A stretch of 64,000 bases of DNA, from the NCBI RefSeq assembly GCF_009914755.1, contig NC_060930.1, one strand, 5' to 3'. The stretch's first letter is position 1; each line of letters opens with the position of its first letter. This document shows positions 37,526-51,308 of the stretch, piece by piece. The notes under the pieces were generated by a model that was not told where the DNA came from, did not search any database, and saw only the letters and a program-made list of their open reading frames with translations. The stretch comes from the human T2T-CHM13v2.0 reference genome, Homo sapiens. Both the position numbers and the translations under genes were made by a program.

Positions 37526-39513
37526 TATTGAAAGAACAAAGAATGTTAATTTTAAGGTACAAGAGAATGTTGTTCAGCAACTATGGTATTTTTTTTCAAA
37601 TCCTTTATGGAAAAATTTGGTATCATAAATATGTAAACATACATTTGAAGACAAAACAAAACTTATAGAAATATTTTCATACTATAAATAAAACTGTAGG
37701 GTTTTGTTTCCTTCATGAGACATGAGAAAGAAGGAACAATGAATTATGCCATATGTTAGAGGAATGTAGAATACAGGTGGAAAGGAGCAAGGACATCTCC
37801 CTTGCCTCTCCCAGGTAGGGTGAATTTGAACATTTTATTTTTTTAACATTCCTTTTCCACTTTTCCTTTCTGAGCACTGCAAACGTAAAGATTATCTTCT
37901 GTCAGCTTCTTCCTATTCATAACTAGGGATTTTTCCTTTTATCATAATGATGTGGTTCAATCTTGGGCATGCATATAATGGGAAAACACAGGAAACAAAC
38001 ATTGAATTTGAGGTCATGAATCTCAGAAAGAGCCGTCTGTATATTTAAATTTTACCCAGGGTGATGTAAATGTAGAAGAAAAACATATTGTGTAAAAACA
38101 TTGAGAAGTATTGTGAACACTGGGAGGATGGTAATGAAAATGAGGAGAGGAGAATCTAAACCAATTACAAGGGCACTCCAGAAGGAAGCTACTAGGCAAA
38201 GTAGTTAGTGTGTCTCTTAGAAACAACAAAGAAAAATGAAGATAATTCTGAACTATCCTTTTAATGAAACATTTGGAAGAATGATAAACTCTTGAAAGAG
38301 TTTAAAGGAATGTGGTGTCATTCAGATGTGACAATTAAACTGATTTAATGAAAAGTAGGAGATCAGTTTGTGAGGTCATCTGAAAGGACCTCCTACTGAA
38401 AGAGTTTAACTTGGGTTTCTACTAGGGATTTCAGCACTTGAAGGAATAAAGTGAAGTGATAAAAACATAGAGATGACACAGGGTCAAATAATACTATAAA
38501 AATATGGAATACTAGTGCAAAGATTGAAGAAAATTTCTAATATTATAATAGCTTATGTCACTGACCATAATTTAAAAGCTATGTATTATTGTATTCTACA
38601 TATATAAATATGTATTTTTATTTTTTTACTTGTAATGAGAAACCAAAGCTTTTAAATTAGGAGTCAATGACATAAGCATGATCAAAAATATTGTCGAATG
38701 AATGAATAATTAAGTTAAATTCCAGAATGAAGGTTACTTAAAATATAAAATACAAATAATTTAATCTAAGACATACGTGAAAAAATATGTTTGCCTATTT
38801 TCTGAAAGTTTCATCAGTGCTTGGAATAGCTAACATATTTTTAATTTTCTACAATAGAGAATAAAGTGATGATACAATTGAGAGGAATTAAATTGAATTA
38901 GAATTATATACTGTGTAAATATATATGATAGATAAGAATATAGGAAATCATTTACAAATTAGAAATAGAAAAGATATCTATTAATTTATTATGCAAGTAT
39001 TTGGAAAGTACCAGAAAGATGATGTTGATTTAAGAATATAGTTGTGCTCATATATTGATAAATTTAAATTTGTCAAATTAAACTGATTAAAATTTTTGGA
39101 ACTTTTTAGCATTCTAAGTTTTGAGGTTATAATGAAATTATGAGGAAAATGCTTTTAAACTGAATAACCCAGGGATTGTCTTTTTACCATGCTTGTGTGA
39201 GATCATTATTCCATGGACGCTTATGGCATTAGACTGAATTGATTTTATAGAGAAAAAGAACTCAAGATTGCATAAGCCCATATTAGCAGCAAATTCCTAA
39301 TATCTAAGTTTCTTTCTGTCTTAAAATAGATGAATTTTTCCATTTCGATGAAAGGTTTTGGATGAAAAGATTTTGCAGTCTTTATAGAGCAGCAATCACT
39401 GAGTGCTACAAAATATTTTATTACATTTTTTTGCCTTGAATTTTGCATTATGGGTAAAGAACTGTGTGACTTAAAATAGCTTACCAATCTTTTAGGAAGT
39501 TAGAAAATATTTC

Positions 39514-39815
39514 ATTGTTGTTGATTTAGAGACTGAGTCTTGTTCTGTTGCCCAGTTTGGAATGCAGTGGTATGATCATGGCTCACTGTAGCCTCAAGTT
39601 CCTGGGCTCAGGAGATCCCTCCTGCTTCAGCCTCTCCTGTAGCTGGGACTATAGGCACTTGCCAACATGACTGGCTAATTAAAAAAAAAAAAAATTTATA
39701 GAGATAGGGTCTCTCTTTGTTGCCCAGGCTAATCTCAAACTCCTGGGCTCAAGCTATCCACCCGGCTCAGCCTCTCCAGTGCTAGAACTAGAGGCGTGAT
39801 CCGCCATGCCCAGCC
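39514..39815 (-). mobile_element. AluJ (Jo/Jr-like)
   Basis: Diverged dimeric Alu. TSD agaaaatatttc/agaaaataattc (39502-39513, 39816-39827). Confidence 0.93.
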
Positions 39816-40299
39816 AGAAAATAATTCTTTAAAAATTTTACAACATAATTAACATTGAATATCTCTATTGTAATAAAATATAATAAACTGTATTAAGTGG
39901 CACTCTACTTATCTGCAATTGCTGATGTCAGTTGACAGCAAGGTTTGTTTTCCCACAGTGTGAGTGTCTCTACTAATTAGACTTAATTAAATGCAGATAT
40001 ATTACTGTTCTGTGTAAGATTTCAATGAGGACTTTGAGAAAAAGATCTCTGGATGGATAACAGAGAGAGACTGAAGCTGGAAAGCCTTGAAAAGTCCCCA
40101 AAACAAGACTAGGAAGCTTTTAGAGGACTTGTGCACTTAGAGATGACCAAAAGAGAATGAAGATTAAATTTTGCAAAAATAAAATGCTAAATATTGAATA
40201 AATAATTTTAGTTGCTTAGTTAATATAGTATCTTACAATTTTTCTATGTTCCTAAGGGAAGCAGGAACATATTTAAAATTATTATTTTTACATTTTTTA

Positions 40300-40900
40300 A
40301 TACAGAAAAGTTTATCCCAGTACCTAGAAGCTGGGTCACTAATAATGACAACTATTAGTCACTACTAATAGTTGCTTTATTTTCTGTCAGTTTTTCTCTC
40401 TTTTTTAACAACTTGAATTAGTCATGTTTAGTATTTTAATATGTTACACCTTTTGATAAGGATATTTTCCCTCAATAAGTTGTAATAAACATTTTCCCAT
40501 ATAGTAGCAAATATTACTTACGGCTATGTTTTAATCTGTGAGAAAAGTATAATTTGCTTAAATTTTATTTGTGGTCATTTTTAGTAATGTTCCAGTATTA
40601 TAAAAATGTTAAGAATAAATGTTTTCATGCTTAAATTTGTATATGCATCTTAGATTATTATTGCTCATCAGTGGAGTTACTGTATTAAGAGTTATGAATC
40701 AAGTATAAGAATTGTATCAAATAATTGTCCCTCTGCCAGGAGCCAGCTCTCCACATCCTTCATAGCACTGAGTATTTTGTGGTTTGTTATTTAGTAGGGA
40801 AAAAAGACATTCTTTTTTTGCATTTATTTAATTACTAGTGATGTTGCACATTTTTTCACATGTTTAAGGGATGTGTATAATTTTTCAATGGTATTTTTGT
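40300..40900 (-). mobile_element. Old L1M (L1ME-like) fragment
   Basis: ctccacatccttcatagcactg...ttttgcatttatttaattactagtgatgttgcacattttttcacatgttt. Confidence 0.6.
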
Positions 40901-40964
40901 CATTACTTGATGTAAACCTCCATTTTGAATATAAGAACATTGTTTCTCAATAATAAGTGTTTTG

Positions 40965-41035
40965 ATTCCTTTGAGCTGGAATCAGAATTGAAGTTCAGGT
41001 CTTCAGACTCCAAAATTGCAAGTTCTTGCCACTTG
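40965..41035 (-). mobile_element. MIR fragment
   Basis: cagaattgaagttcaggtcttcagactccaaa. Confidence 0.4.
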
Positions 41036-41287
41036 TTCCCCCATACAATAAGAATATTATTATCAAGCACTAAATAGACAACAAGAAGTGGAGTGACTGT
41101 AGAGACCCAAGATTGGAAAGTGGGTTCAGGAGAACTGTGGGCCCTGGAATAAGACAGTCCAAACATAAATTGTCCATGTTCCTTTATGAGCTTGTAATCT
41201 CGTCGTTCTCAATGATTACAAATCAGCTCAGCTTCCTATAAATGACTCTTCCAAAGGAAAGCCAAAAAAAAGGTTAGACTGAAAGTC

Positions 41288-43199
41288 TTCAACAATAAAT
41301 ATTTACTGAATTCTTCCTACCGGGCAGGTACTACTTCAGGGCCTAAGAGCACAACAAAGTAGCCAAGAAATACCTGCTTTATGAGAGTTCAGGGTTTAGT
41401 GGGTGAGGCCAAAAATAAATATGTTAATCAATTAAATCTATGCGTATAATCACAGTTGGTGAAGTGTTATGAAGAAAAATAAAGGAGAAAGGGAAAGGTG
41501 TTGCTAGGGAGAATGGACAAGTTTGACTAAAGTGATCAAGAAAGACCTTACTAAGAAGAAATTGAGAGCAAAGATCTGAAAGGGAATAAGGATGAGCCAT
41601 GCTAATGTTTTGGGATAAGGGTTCTCATCAGAAGAAATGGCAAATGCAAATACATAAAACAAAAGCATTGCTGGGAATTTGGAGGAAATGCAGGAAAGCC
41701 ATTGTGGCAAACTCAGGAAGCCATTGAGGCTTGTGCAAACTGATAGCAGATGAGATCTCAGTGGTGAGGAGAGAGAGAGCACTTGTATTACCTTGCAGGC
41801 CAGTATGAGGACTTTGGCTGTCTCTCTGAGCAAAATGGGGACTGACTGGAGGATTTTCTGTCAAAGAGTGACATTATCTGACATACATTTTAAATGGCCC
41901 ATAGACTGAGAACAGCTGGGGGACAAAGCTAGAAGCAGGGAGATGAATTAGGGGGGAAATAAGTTGGGAGGCTATTTCTATAACCTAGGGGTGAAAATGA
42001 CAGTGGACTGAACAAAGGTGATAATTTTGGCTAGAGGGAGAAGGTCGTGAAGATAATGAGAAATTATTTGAGTCTGGCTATGTTTTGAGGGAAGAACCAA
42101 CAAGATTTCCTAAAGTATAAAATATGAAAATAAGAGTTATCAACAAAACTGACGTTAAGGTTTTTGGCATGAGCAATTTTAAGAATGGAGTTATTTTCTG
42201 AGATGAGGAAAAAACAAATTTTGCAGGAAGATTACTAGTTTGATTTGGGTCAAAGTAAGTCTGTGATGTATATTTCACATTCAAATAAAAAGTTTCAGAG
42301 GGATGTCCAAATAAAGATTAAAATATGGGAGCTGTCAGTGGATATTTACAGTTACAAAATTGTATAATCTTACCAAGAAAGTGATTGTAAATAGAGAAGG
42401 GGTCTGAGGATTATGATCTGGGTCACTCCAACAGATTGGGGACATGAAGAGGATACAGGAAAGGAGACTAACATGAACTGGTCAGTAAGGTAAAACACTA
42501 AGAATGTGATACCTTATATGTCAAGTAAAAGGAACAGGTGCAAGCAAATGTTTCAAATTCTGCTATTGGTCAACTAAAATGAGGACCAATCATTGACTAC
42601 TGACTTAGAAACGTAGCGATCATTGATGATGACCTTACCAACAATACTTTACCTCTGGTGCAATTTTAAAAGGTAGAAGGCTGAATGACCTGAATGGATT
42701 GGATTTAAGGGTAAATACGAAGAAAGGGATCGGAAGCAATGAGTAAGGAAAGATCTTTGTAGGAATTTTGTTGGAAAAAAGAACTGGCAAATTAATTGTA
42801 TATTGGCAAGGTATGTGTGGTCAAGTGAGGGTTTTGTTTAGTTTTAGTTGGGAGAAAGTTTTTCATGTTTTTATATGCTTACTAGAATTTCTGCAGAAAT
42901 TGAAAAATGATTACATAGGAAACAAAGAGAATAAGAGCTTGTCTTTAGGTAGGTAAGAGGGGATGGGGCCTGATGCACAATTGGAGGGATTTTCTTCAGA
43001 TAGCAGAATGAAGGGAGATGAGAGAAGTCAGAGTGCACAGGTCTAGATGCAGGTAGGTGATAGACATGATGGTGAGAGCCTTTGGCAACTCTGTTCTATT
43101 TGTTTACATTTTTTGAGAATAAACAGCTGAGAGTGAGGATAGCAGGTGTTTAAGATATGGAAAGAGAGGAGAAGTGAAATAGTTGACCAGAAAAGAGAG
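41288..43199 (-). mobile_element. L2 (L2a-like) LINE, about 1.9 kb
   Basis: ttcaacaataaatatttactgaattc (L2 3' end, reverse complement)...aggactttggctgtctctctgag...ggaggctatttc...aagtgaaatagttg. Confidence 0.85.
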
Positions 43200-43771
43200 T
43201 TAATCTGATTTATTTTCTAAAAAGAAAATTACTGTGGTACTAAATGAAATCTACAGAATGTTTACATATTCAAATTGTAGGTTAATTATGAACACACATC
43301 AAGCCATCACATAGTTAGCTGTAGAGTTTAAGCCATCAATAGTCATTTAGTTTCATTATCTCACTTGTTTGGTTTTAATTAACTTTCTATGTTTTTGTTT
43401 AACTTTGTGTACTATTAGTATCGAAAGGTTGTAGCTTGTTAATAGAGATGCTTATTTAGCATTTTCAAGTGAAAAACAACATTAATAACAGGTACAACAT
43501 TATTAATAATAATAATGCCAATTATTCAGAAGTGGCAGGTCTATACAAAACTCTCTGACACTCTATTTTATCAGTTATTTTATACTTGATTAGGCTTATA
43601 TAACATTTTCTACTTCTGCAATTTTCTGATAATTAATAAAGAATTTCCTTTACACAAATCTCAGGCTTTATTTTAGGGAATGGAAGTCTGTGCTACTAAA
43701 AATTGCATAGTGTTGTGTGTCTGGGCAGGCTTTTCAAAGACCTCTGTTATCACTTATATCCAAAGTGATAA

Positions 43772-43900
43772 GTCTGGGCGTGGTGGCATAGGCCATAACT
43801 CCAGAACTTTGGGAGGCTAAGGCAGCAAGATCGCTTGAGCCCAGGAGTTGGAGACCAGCCTGGGCAATATAGTGAGACCTGGTCTCTATAAAGAAAAGAA
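43772..43900 (+). mobile_element. FLAM (free left Alu monomer)
   Basis: A single monomer ending gaccagcctgggcaatatagtgagacctggtctct plus A tail. TSD aaagtgataa/aatgtgataa. Confidence 0.88.
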
Positions 43901-44634
43901 AATGTGATAAATAGGAAACAAATATCAATAAGAAGCAAGTAAATATTCTTATGGGTAATTAGAGCATCTTTAAGAAAAAAACATCAATTTGTATCAATAA
44001 CCTTGGATGAGAATATGGTAGAAGGGTAGATTTTGGACTAGATACAACTGTTTATTAAAAAAATTCCAATTTGGCTACTAAGAATGAAGCATATATTTCA
44101 TAGGAATCATGTCCTTGTATGGGCCACAATGTCAGTGTTAATTTTTACATGTTATTATAATATATGCATGCAATGGTTTTAAAATTGTCCCTTAACAATA
44201 TTATGTGTTAGTAAAACATAATATTTATTTATCCATTATGTTGTGCAAAACTACCTTTGGTGTATCTATAGAAGGATGTCAGAAATACTTTATAGGATTT
44301 AAATTGGGGCAAAACCGTTTGTTTCATTTCTTCTATTCCCTTAACAAAGATAAAGTGAGTTTGTTTGAACTGGAACATAGTTAAGTGTTGATAGGCCATG
44401 TCAGTCTTCTGTATGAACTCCTCACCCCCACCAACTTCCTGTTTCTCTGAAGTGCATGCATACAGTGTTATATGTTTTGGTTTTCTAAGAAGGGAAAGGA
44501 AGCAGAAGAATACAGAATGAGCTTGTGAGTTTTGAAACTTTGGGACAAACATGGAAGTTGGTGAAAAACCATTTGTCAGTTTGCTTGACAGGAAAAAAAA
44601 ATGAAACAAATGCATGCATGGACACAAAATGGTG

Positions 44635-44858
44635 TATCTAGTGTCTGCATAGGGCTTCCTATGTGCTAGGCACTATTACAAGTATTTACATTTGTTAACA
44701 CATTTAATTCTCATGAAACTACCACAACAAAAACTATTTTTATCCACATCTTACAGATTATGAAACTAAGGCACCCGGAGATAAAGTAACCTCCTAAAGG
44801 TCAAAGGTCACATAGCTATCAAATGTGAGAGCTGGTATTTGAATACAAGCAGTCTGGC
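44635..44858 (-). mobile_element. MIR SINE, interrupted by AluJ
   Basis: tatgtgctaggcact...catttaattctca...ttacagattatgaaactaaggca...ggtcacatagcta...cagtctggct. Resumes as cttaaccact after the Alu. Confidence 0.88.
44798..44810 (+). promoter_or_regulatory. Perfect DR1 nuclear-receptor motif AGGTCA-A-AGGTCA (function untested)
   Basis: The exact consensus is seen in the sequence, inside the MIR. Confidence 0.4.
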
Positions 44859-45180
<322 letters not shown>

Positions 45181-45984
45181 CTGGCCTTCTTAACCACTGT
45201 TTGTTACCTTTTCTATCATAAGTATAGAAGAGTAATCTAATATCAAACTGGCTGATTAAGGTGACAGGTTGAATTATTGTCATCAGTTTTTTACAACCTA
45301 AACATTTTTGCTTCTGATGAAATGTTCTTTAAAAATTCTTTTCAGCATTCCTTTTTGCATTCTTCTTCTTATAACGTTTTAGCTAAATATGCAAATTCAT
45401 TATCATTCACGAGTTCACATGTTGTTTAAGTAGGAAGGACCACATGGGAAAATTCATAAAAACTTTGAACACAAGTTTCTGTGTTAAAAATGCAAAGAAC
45501 TGAATGTTCATATATCTTTTGTTTGAAGAATTTAGCTTAAAATATGAAGAAAACTACATGGAAACACTTTCCCTGAAATAAGTTAAAATTGTGATGTCAT
45601 TCACTGACTATTATTGCTTTGCCACTGACTTCTGAAGAAATCCTAGGAGATAAATTGCTTGTGGTGTTTTCTCCCCAGTCTTATCACAAGTCATTGCTAA
45701 TGAGTGGCTTCTTCATGATGTAAACTAGTTTCAAATTCAGCATATATTGTAATTCTTCCAGTTCTCATTAAGCACACTGTTTATATATTATGTCTCAACA
45801 TAAATATATGAATGGAAATTTAATCCTTTCTATGACAGGTCATACACATTTTAAAGGAACTCTTATAGTTTTTTTTTTCTTTCTCTGGGTCTTGACTCTG
45901 ACAGAGGGGAAAAAGAAAAATAAAAGCACTATCTATATTAATCATTCTCAGGAATAAGGCTGATTCTTTGAAAAGTGAGTTGTT

Positions 45985-46205
45985 ATAGTTGAAAGGACAG
46001 GTTTAAAATTTGGATTAGAAATTGAAACCTGACTCCTCTGCTTCCCACATCTGCACCACCCAAAGAAGTCACTTACTCTCAATAAACAGAGAATAATAAA
46101 TGCCTACCACATAGATTTTCTGTGAAGGTTAAGTTAGAATAAAGGAGAGGTGAATATTTCACCACAGTATTTGGCACTAAGCAGGGAATCACTAAATGTT
46201 AAATC
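45985..46205 (+). mobile_element. MIR SINE
   Basis: aagtcacttac...aataataaatgcctaccacatagattttctgtgaaggttaa...tttggcactaagcagg...ctaaatgtt. Confidence 0.65.
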
Positions 46206-46439
46206 ATCCTAAAATATTAATTGAAGTCTTAAGAAATAATGTGATAATAAAGTAGCCACGTAAACTTCTAGATATTGTTTTTCCTCAAAAAGGAAAATAA
46301 ACTAAATGGTGTGAACATTAAAACATCTATTAATATTTTATATAGTGGGATACATGTAATTTTAATATATTTTTTATAATTTTCTATTTTTTCCTAAATT
46401 TTATGTAATAAAGATGTATTTCTTGTATCTTTTTAAGCA

Positions 46440-47000
46440 ACTATTTTTTCACCCCTGTTTGGAGTTCTATAGTACTTGTGTTTATTCTTACAGCTCAGTT
46501 TACCAGATATGACTAGGCATGCGTATACGTTTTCTGATATATCTAGGCTGGATTTCGTGAGCTCTTTCAGTCTATAGAATCACATTTCTTTAGCTCAGAA
46601 ATTTGCTTCAATTAAATATTTAATTATAGATTCTTTCTCTGTTCCTTCTTTTATTGTTATTCCTATTACTTGGGTATGAGGTCACCTGAATATATCTGCC
46701 AAGTCTCATCTTTTCTCTCATGTTTTCCTTCTCTTCTGGATCATTCAGGCTACTGATTAAGATCTCAGCAATGACTGTGCTCACCTTCAATATATCTTCT
46801 GATTTCCTAAGTTGAGACATCTGAATCTTCTACTTGTTTTTTTTTTGTGTGTGTGTGTGTATATCCAGAAATTCTTGTTAGTGGTAGATTTGAAAATGTT
46901 TAAGTGCTCCATTTTTTTTTTCTGTTCGGGAAGTTTCCTGACTTTCCAAATAGTTTGATAACCCATGTTTTCTTAGACATGTGTTCTATTTTTTGAGGCT
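46440..47000 (-). mobile_element. Old L1M ORF1-region or HAL1 fragment
   Basis: cagtttaccagatatgactagg...gagctctttcagtctatagaatca...tctttagctcagaaattt...ttcctattacttggg. Confidence 0.5.
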
Positions 47001-47129
47001 GAACTTTCCTTCACTATTAATTGTGTGAGTGTATATATGCATGTTTGTATCTTCTTAAGTCAGCTCTGGTAAAGTTGTTGGGTTACACTAGACATAGACA
47101 TTCTGAAAAGAGATAAGGAAATTCACTAA

Positions 47130-47480
47130 AAAGGAAATAGAAATTCCCCAAAATATGAGAAATAAAACTGACACTCAGAACTTGCCAGAAAAATGCAAAT
47201 TAAAATGAAACTTAATTTTACACCAACAAGTAAATTTCTGTTGAGAAATTAAGAGAACTAAATAACAGAATTGTAGCAGTTTTGCAGAAACTGTTAATTC
47301 TGTTATATTGTTAATTTTGTAATTTATGTTAATTAAATAACAGAAATTAAGAATCATAGCGCTAATGTGTAGGGAACAGAGGACTGCTTAGAAACTGCTG
47401 GTGGAAGTGAGAATGGTTAGAGCCCTCCTCCTTTTTTTGTGAAACAATCTGGAGTCTATTAAAATTTAAAACACAATATA
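47130..47480 (+). mobile_element. Old L1M (L1ME-like) ORF2 fragment
   Basis: gaaaaatgcaaattaaaatg...actgctggtggaagtgagaatggt. Confidence 0.5.
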
Positions 47481-47743
47481 TGTATATATGTATATATATT
47501 TTATTTGTAGAGTATCATACACTCATGGAAAAATGACAGGTTGTTTTCATGGGTAAAAGGTTTGTACATGAGTGAAATTTGACAAGTAGTGTTGGAAAGA
47601 GATGGGGAAGAATAGAGCTAAGAATGAAGGAAAAGAAGAAAACACACATTTTATTTTATCTTGAAGGCTTCTATTTTACTAATTGCATTTATAATACAAA
47701 AACAGAACTTTTTTTAATGAATAAATATATCAAATAAAAAACA

Positions 47744-48392
47744 GAGAGGATGTGAAGAAATAGGAATGCTTTACACTGTTGATGGGAGTGTAAATTAGTT
47801 CAACCATTGTGGAAGACAGTGTGGCAATTCCTCAAGGATCTAGAACTAGAAATCCCATTTGACCCAGCAATCCCATTACTGGATATATAACCAAAGGATT
47901 ATAAATCATTCTACTATGAAGACACATGTATACATATGTTTATTGCAGCACTATTTACAATAGCAAAGACTTGGAACCAGACCAAAAGCCCATCATTGAT
48001 AGATTGGGTAAAGAAAATGTGGCACACATACACCGTGGAATACTATGCAGCCATAAAAAATGATGAGTTCATGTCCTTTGCAGAGACATGGATGAAGCTG
48101 GAAACCATCATTCTCAGCAAACTATCACAAAAACAGAAAACCAAACACCACATGTTCTCACTCATAAGTGGGAGTTGAACAATGAGAACACATGGACACA
48201 GGAAGGTGAACATCACACACCAGGGCCTGTTGGGGGATATGGGGTTAGGGAAGGGATAACATTAGGAGAAATGCCTAATGTAGGTTGTGGGTTGATGAGT
48301 GCAGCAAACCACCATGGCACGTGTATACCTATGTAACAAAACTACACGTTCTGCACATGTACCCCAGAACTTGAAGTATAATTTTAAAAAAT
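47744..48392 (+). mobile_element. L1PA (about PA7-8) 3' end
   Basis: ORF 47936-48178 (AKTWNQTKSPSLIDWVKKMWHTYTVEYYAAIK) is the ORF2p C-terminus. The 3' UTR runs to gaagtataat. Confidence 0.96.
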
Positions 48393-48554
48393 AGGAATAA
48401 ACAAAGAGAAATATAAAAAGAACCCAATCTGAAAATCTAAGTAAAGCAATTTTGTAACAAAGCAGGAATAGGCCTCAAATACAATAAAAAAGATGGAAAG
48501 TGCCCCAGGTCTCCTATTACCTATAGCCTGTGGGTGAGTGGTTACACTATCTAA

Positions 48555-49082
48555 AAATCACTATGCTCCAGCAATCCCACTTTTGGATACACTACCAGAA
48601 TAATTGAAAGCAGAGTTCTGAGGAGATATTTGCACATCCATGTTCACAGCAGCACTATTCACTGTAGCCAAGAGGTAGAAGCAACCTAAATGCCCATTGA
48701 CCATTGACAGAAGAATAAACAAATTGTGGTGTATACATACAATGGAATATTTTTCAGCCTTAAAAATGAAGTAAATTCTGTCATAAGCAACAACATGGAT
48801 GAAGCCTGAGGACATTATGCTAAGTGAAATAAGCCAGTCACAAAAATATATTGTATGATTCCACTTATATGAGGTATCCAAAGTAGTCAAATTTATAGCA
48901 ACAGAAACAATGGTGGTTACCAGGGAATGGGGAAATAGGGAAGAGAGGAGTTGTTTAATGAGTATAGAGTTTCAGATTTGCAAGATGAAAAAGTTATGAA
49001 CATCTGTTTCCCAACAATGTGAATGTAACATTTAAAAATAATTAGTAAAGTTTGTTATGTGTTTTTTACCTGAATTAAAAAA
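48555..49082 (+). mobile_element. L1MB1/2-like 3' end
   Basis: ccagcaatcccacttttgg...gacattatgctaagtgaaataagccagtcacaaaa...gtatagagtttcagatttgcaagatgaaaaagtt. Confidence 0.88.
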
Positions 49083-49289
49083 TATTCTCAGTAGATATTC
49101 TGTTCTCCCTTCTGATCTTCATGAATTATATATATATGTCATATATGTAATCTTATTTATTTTGAAATAAATGTATTTTCTTATTTATATTGTATATTAA
49201 TATGTATATTTGTATATTTAGAAATGAATTTAGAATGTACATATATGTGTATATATCCCCCCACACACATATTTAGTTATGGCTTTCCC

Positions 49290-49990
49290 TTTGATGTGAG
49301 CTTATCATTTATTTTGTTCTGTAGCTGACCTTTTCCACTTCACAATATAACACAGCTTTCCTTCCATGTCTCCTTATTGCGATTTGTAATAATGATACTG
49401 TTGATGATGATAACTTTACAATTATTGAAACCATAGTATTTGCCAGACACTGTTTCCTATTATTTTATTGATGGGCATATTTATTGCAAAATTGCTACAG
49501 TAAACAACTGTAAAAATTTTCTCATGGATGTATTTCTATGAGTAGAATTCTGCATCACAGATATGAACATTTACATTTTTTCCCATTTTTAAATGTTAGT
49601 GCTGCCAAATTAGCCTCCATAGAGCTTGAAAATATCCTTTCTGGTATACTCTTGCCAACGTTGCCTAATATAAATTTAAATAATTTATCTAAAAATTTTA
49701 AAATGTTTACTAATGTAATTTTTAATATATCACATTACTATTTTAATTTTTCTTTCTTCAATTCCTAGTGAGGTGAGAAGCTTTTCTTATGTTCATAGGT
49801 GATTTGTATGTTTTCTGACTACCTCTTGTTTGTATCCTTAATTTACTTATCCCTTTTTAAGTTATTATTTTCTTCTTATTGATTCACAAGAGCCCTTTCT
49901 ATAACTATGTTTAGGAAGTATCTCACTATAAAAATGCTTATAATTTTTATATAATCAAATAAACTGGAATTTGTTTGAAATACATGATAC
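49290..49990 (-). mobile_element. Old L1M (L1ME-like) fragment
   Basis: tattgatgggcatatt...ctgccaaattagcctcca...ctagtgaggtgagaagcttttcttatgtt. Confidence 0.55.
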
Positions 49991-51308
49991 TACATCATAA
50001 TTAGAATCCTGTTTCTCATATCTTAATAGAATTCATCCCATTGTGACTTGTGACATGGCTGTTCTCTCAATGACCCTTTGTTTTTCTCTTTGCTCTTTCT
50101 CTTTTAATTTGTTCTCCTTTTTCACTCTCCATTTCTAATAGGGCCTTTTCTTATTTATCCTTGAGCTTTCCCTCTTCCCCTTGTCCCTGGTCTGTAGTTT
50201 TTCTCGGTCTCTCCAAAAACATTCACTTGATTTCTTTAGTAATTTTTTGGAGTCTCTAATCCTTTTAAACTAACATTTTTTTATTTTATTTAATATTGTT
50301 TGGAGATAATTTGATTTCTACATCCTCTAAATATTTCATTTCATGTTCTTAGTCCCATAGTCCATTTGCTTTCCCTTGTGGTTTTTTGTATTTGCTTAGT
50401 TATTGGGTTATTGTGTCTTTTGGACAGAATACATCCATCATAAAAGCAGCAGGCTCACAGTCATCTTACAGCTTCCATAAGTCACTACCTTGTTAAGGCA
50501 GCCTGCAGTAGTGAAGGCTTACACAGAATTAAGGTGAGGATGATAAGAGTCAGTGAGCCCCTTGGAAACTAGGAAATAAAATTACCTTCATTGAATTAAA
50601 TTATATAATCACATGTAATGCATGAAATTATATATTCATTACAGGAAAAATATGCCTTAGATATAAAAATATTTCCCCTGAATAAAAAACAGTTTGGCTA
50701 AGACCATTTTCTTTCAGGCTATTAGCCTATCTGAATTAAGACTCAAGCTATATGGACAAAAGAATAGGCTTGTGTGTAAGCGGCCCTATGTGTTGCTTCT
50801 CAGAGAGCAATGAATCATCCATTAATGCATTGTCAGCAGCAAAGGTAGTGAAATCACTCAATACCAAACAGTTATATAGCATTCATATTTGTGGCAGAGT
50901 TTGTGCTAATGGATCAATTGATAAAGAACTTTTTATTACAGTCTGCAATCAGATAGCATGCTTAATTATTTTTTCCATCCATTTGAACCTATAGAATACA
51001 TTCTCAAGTCCTGAAGCAATCTCCTAGACTTGACTCAGAATCTGAACATACTATTTCCATGTACTTAGCATAATTCATCTAAGTACTTTAAGTGGAATCA
51101 TTTCAGCCAATTGCATTTGCAAATTTGGCACTAAACATAGAGTAAGGAAGAAGATTGATATGAAAGTGTGAAATGGAAGAATCTTTGAATAGTTTATAGG
51201 AGATTATGACATCTAGAAAAAGTCAGAATTACCTAGTTGAGAGTTTTCTTGGGAACAAAATGCCCACAGCCCTTAAGTTATCATTTGGCAAAAATTCTCA
51301 TTAGCAGT

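Noticed and set aside
44229-44627. 132-aa ORF
   Set aside because: It is an F/K/L-rich translation of AT-rich DNA with no homology that I recognise.
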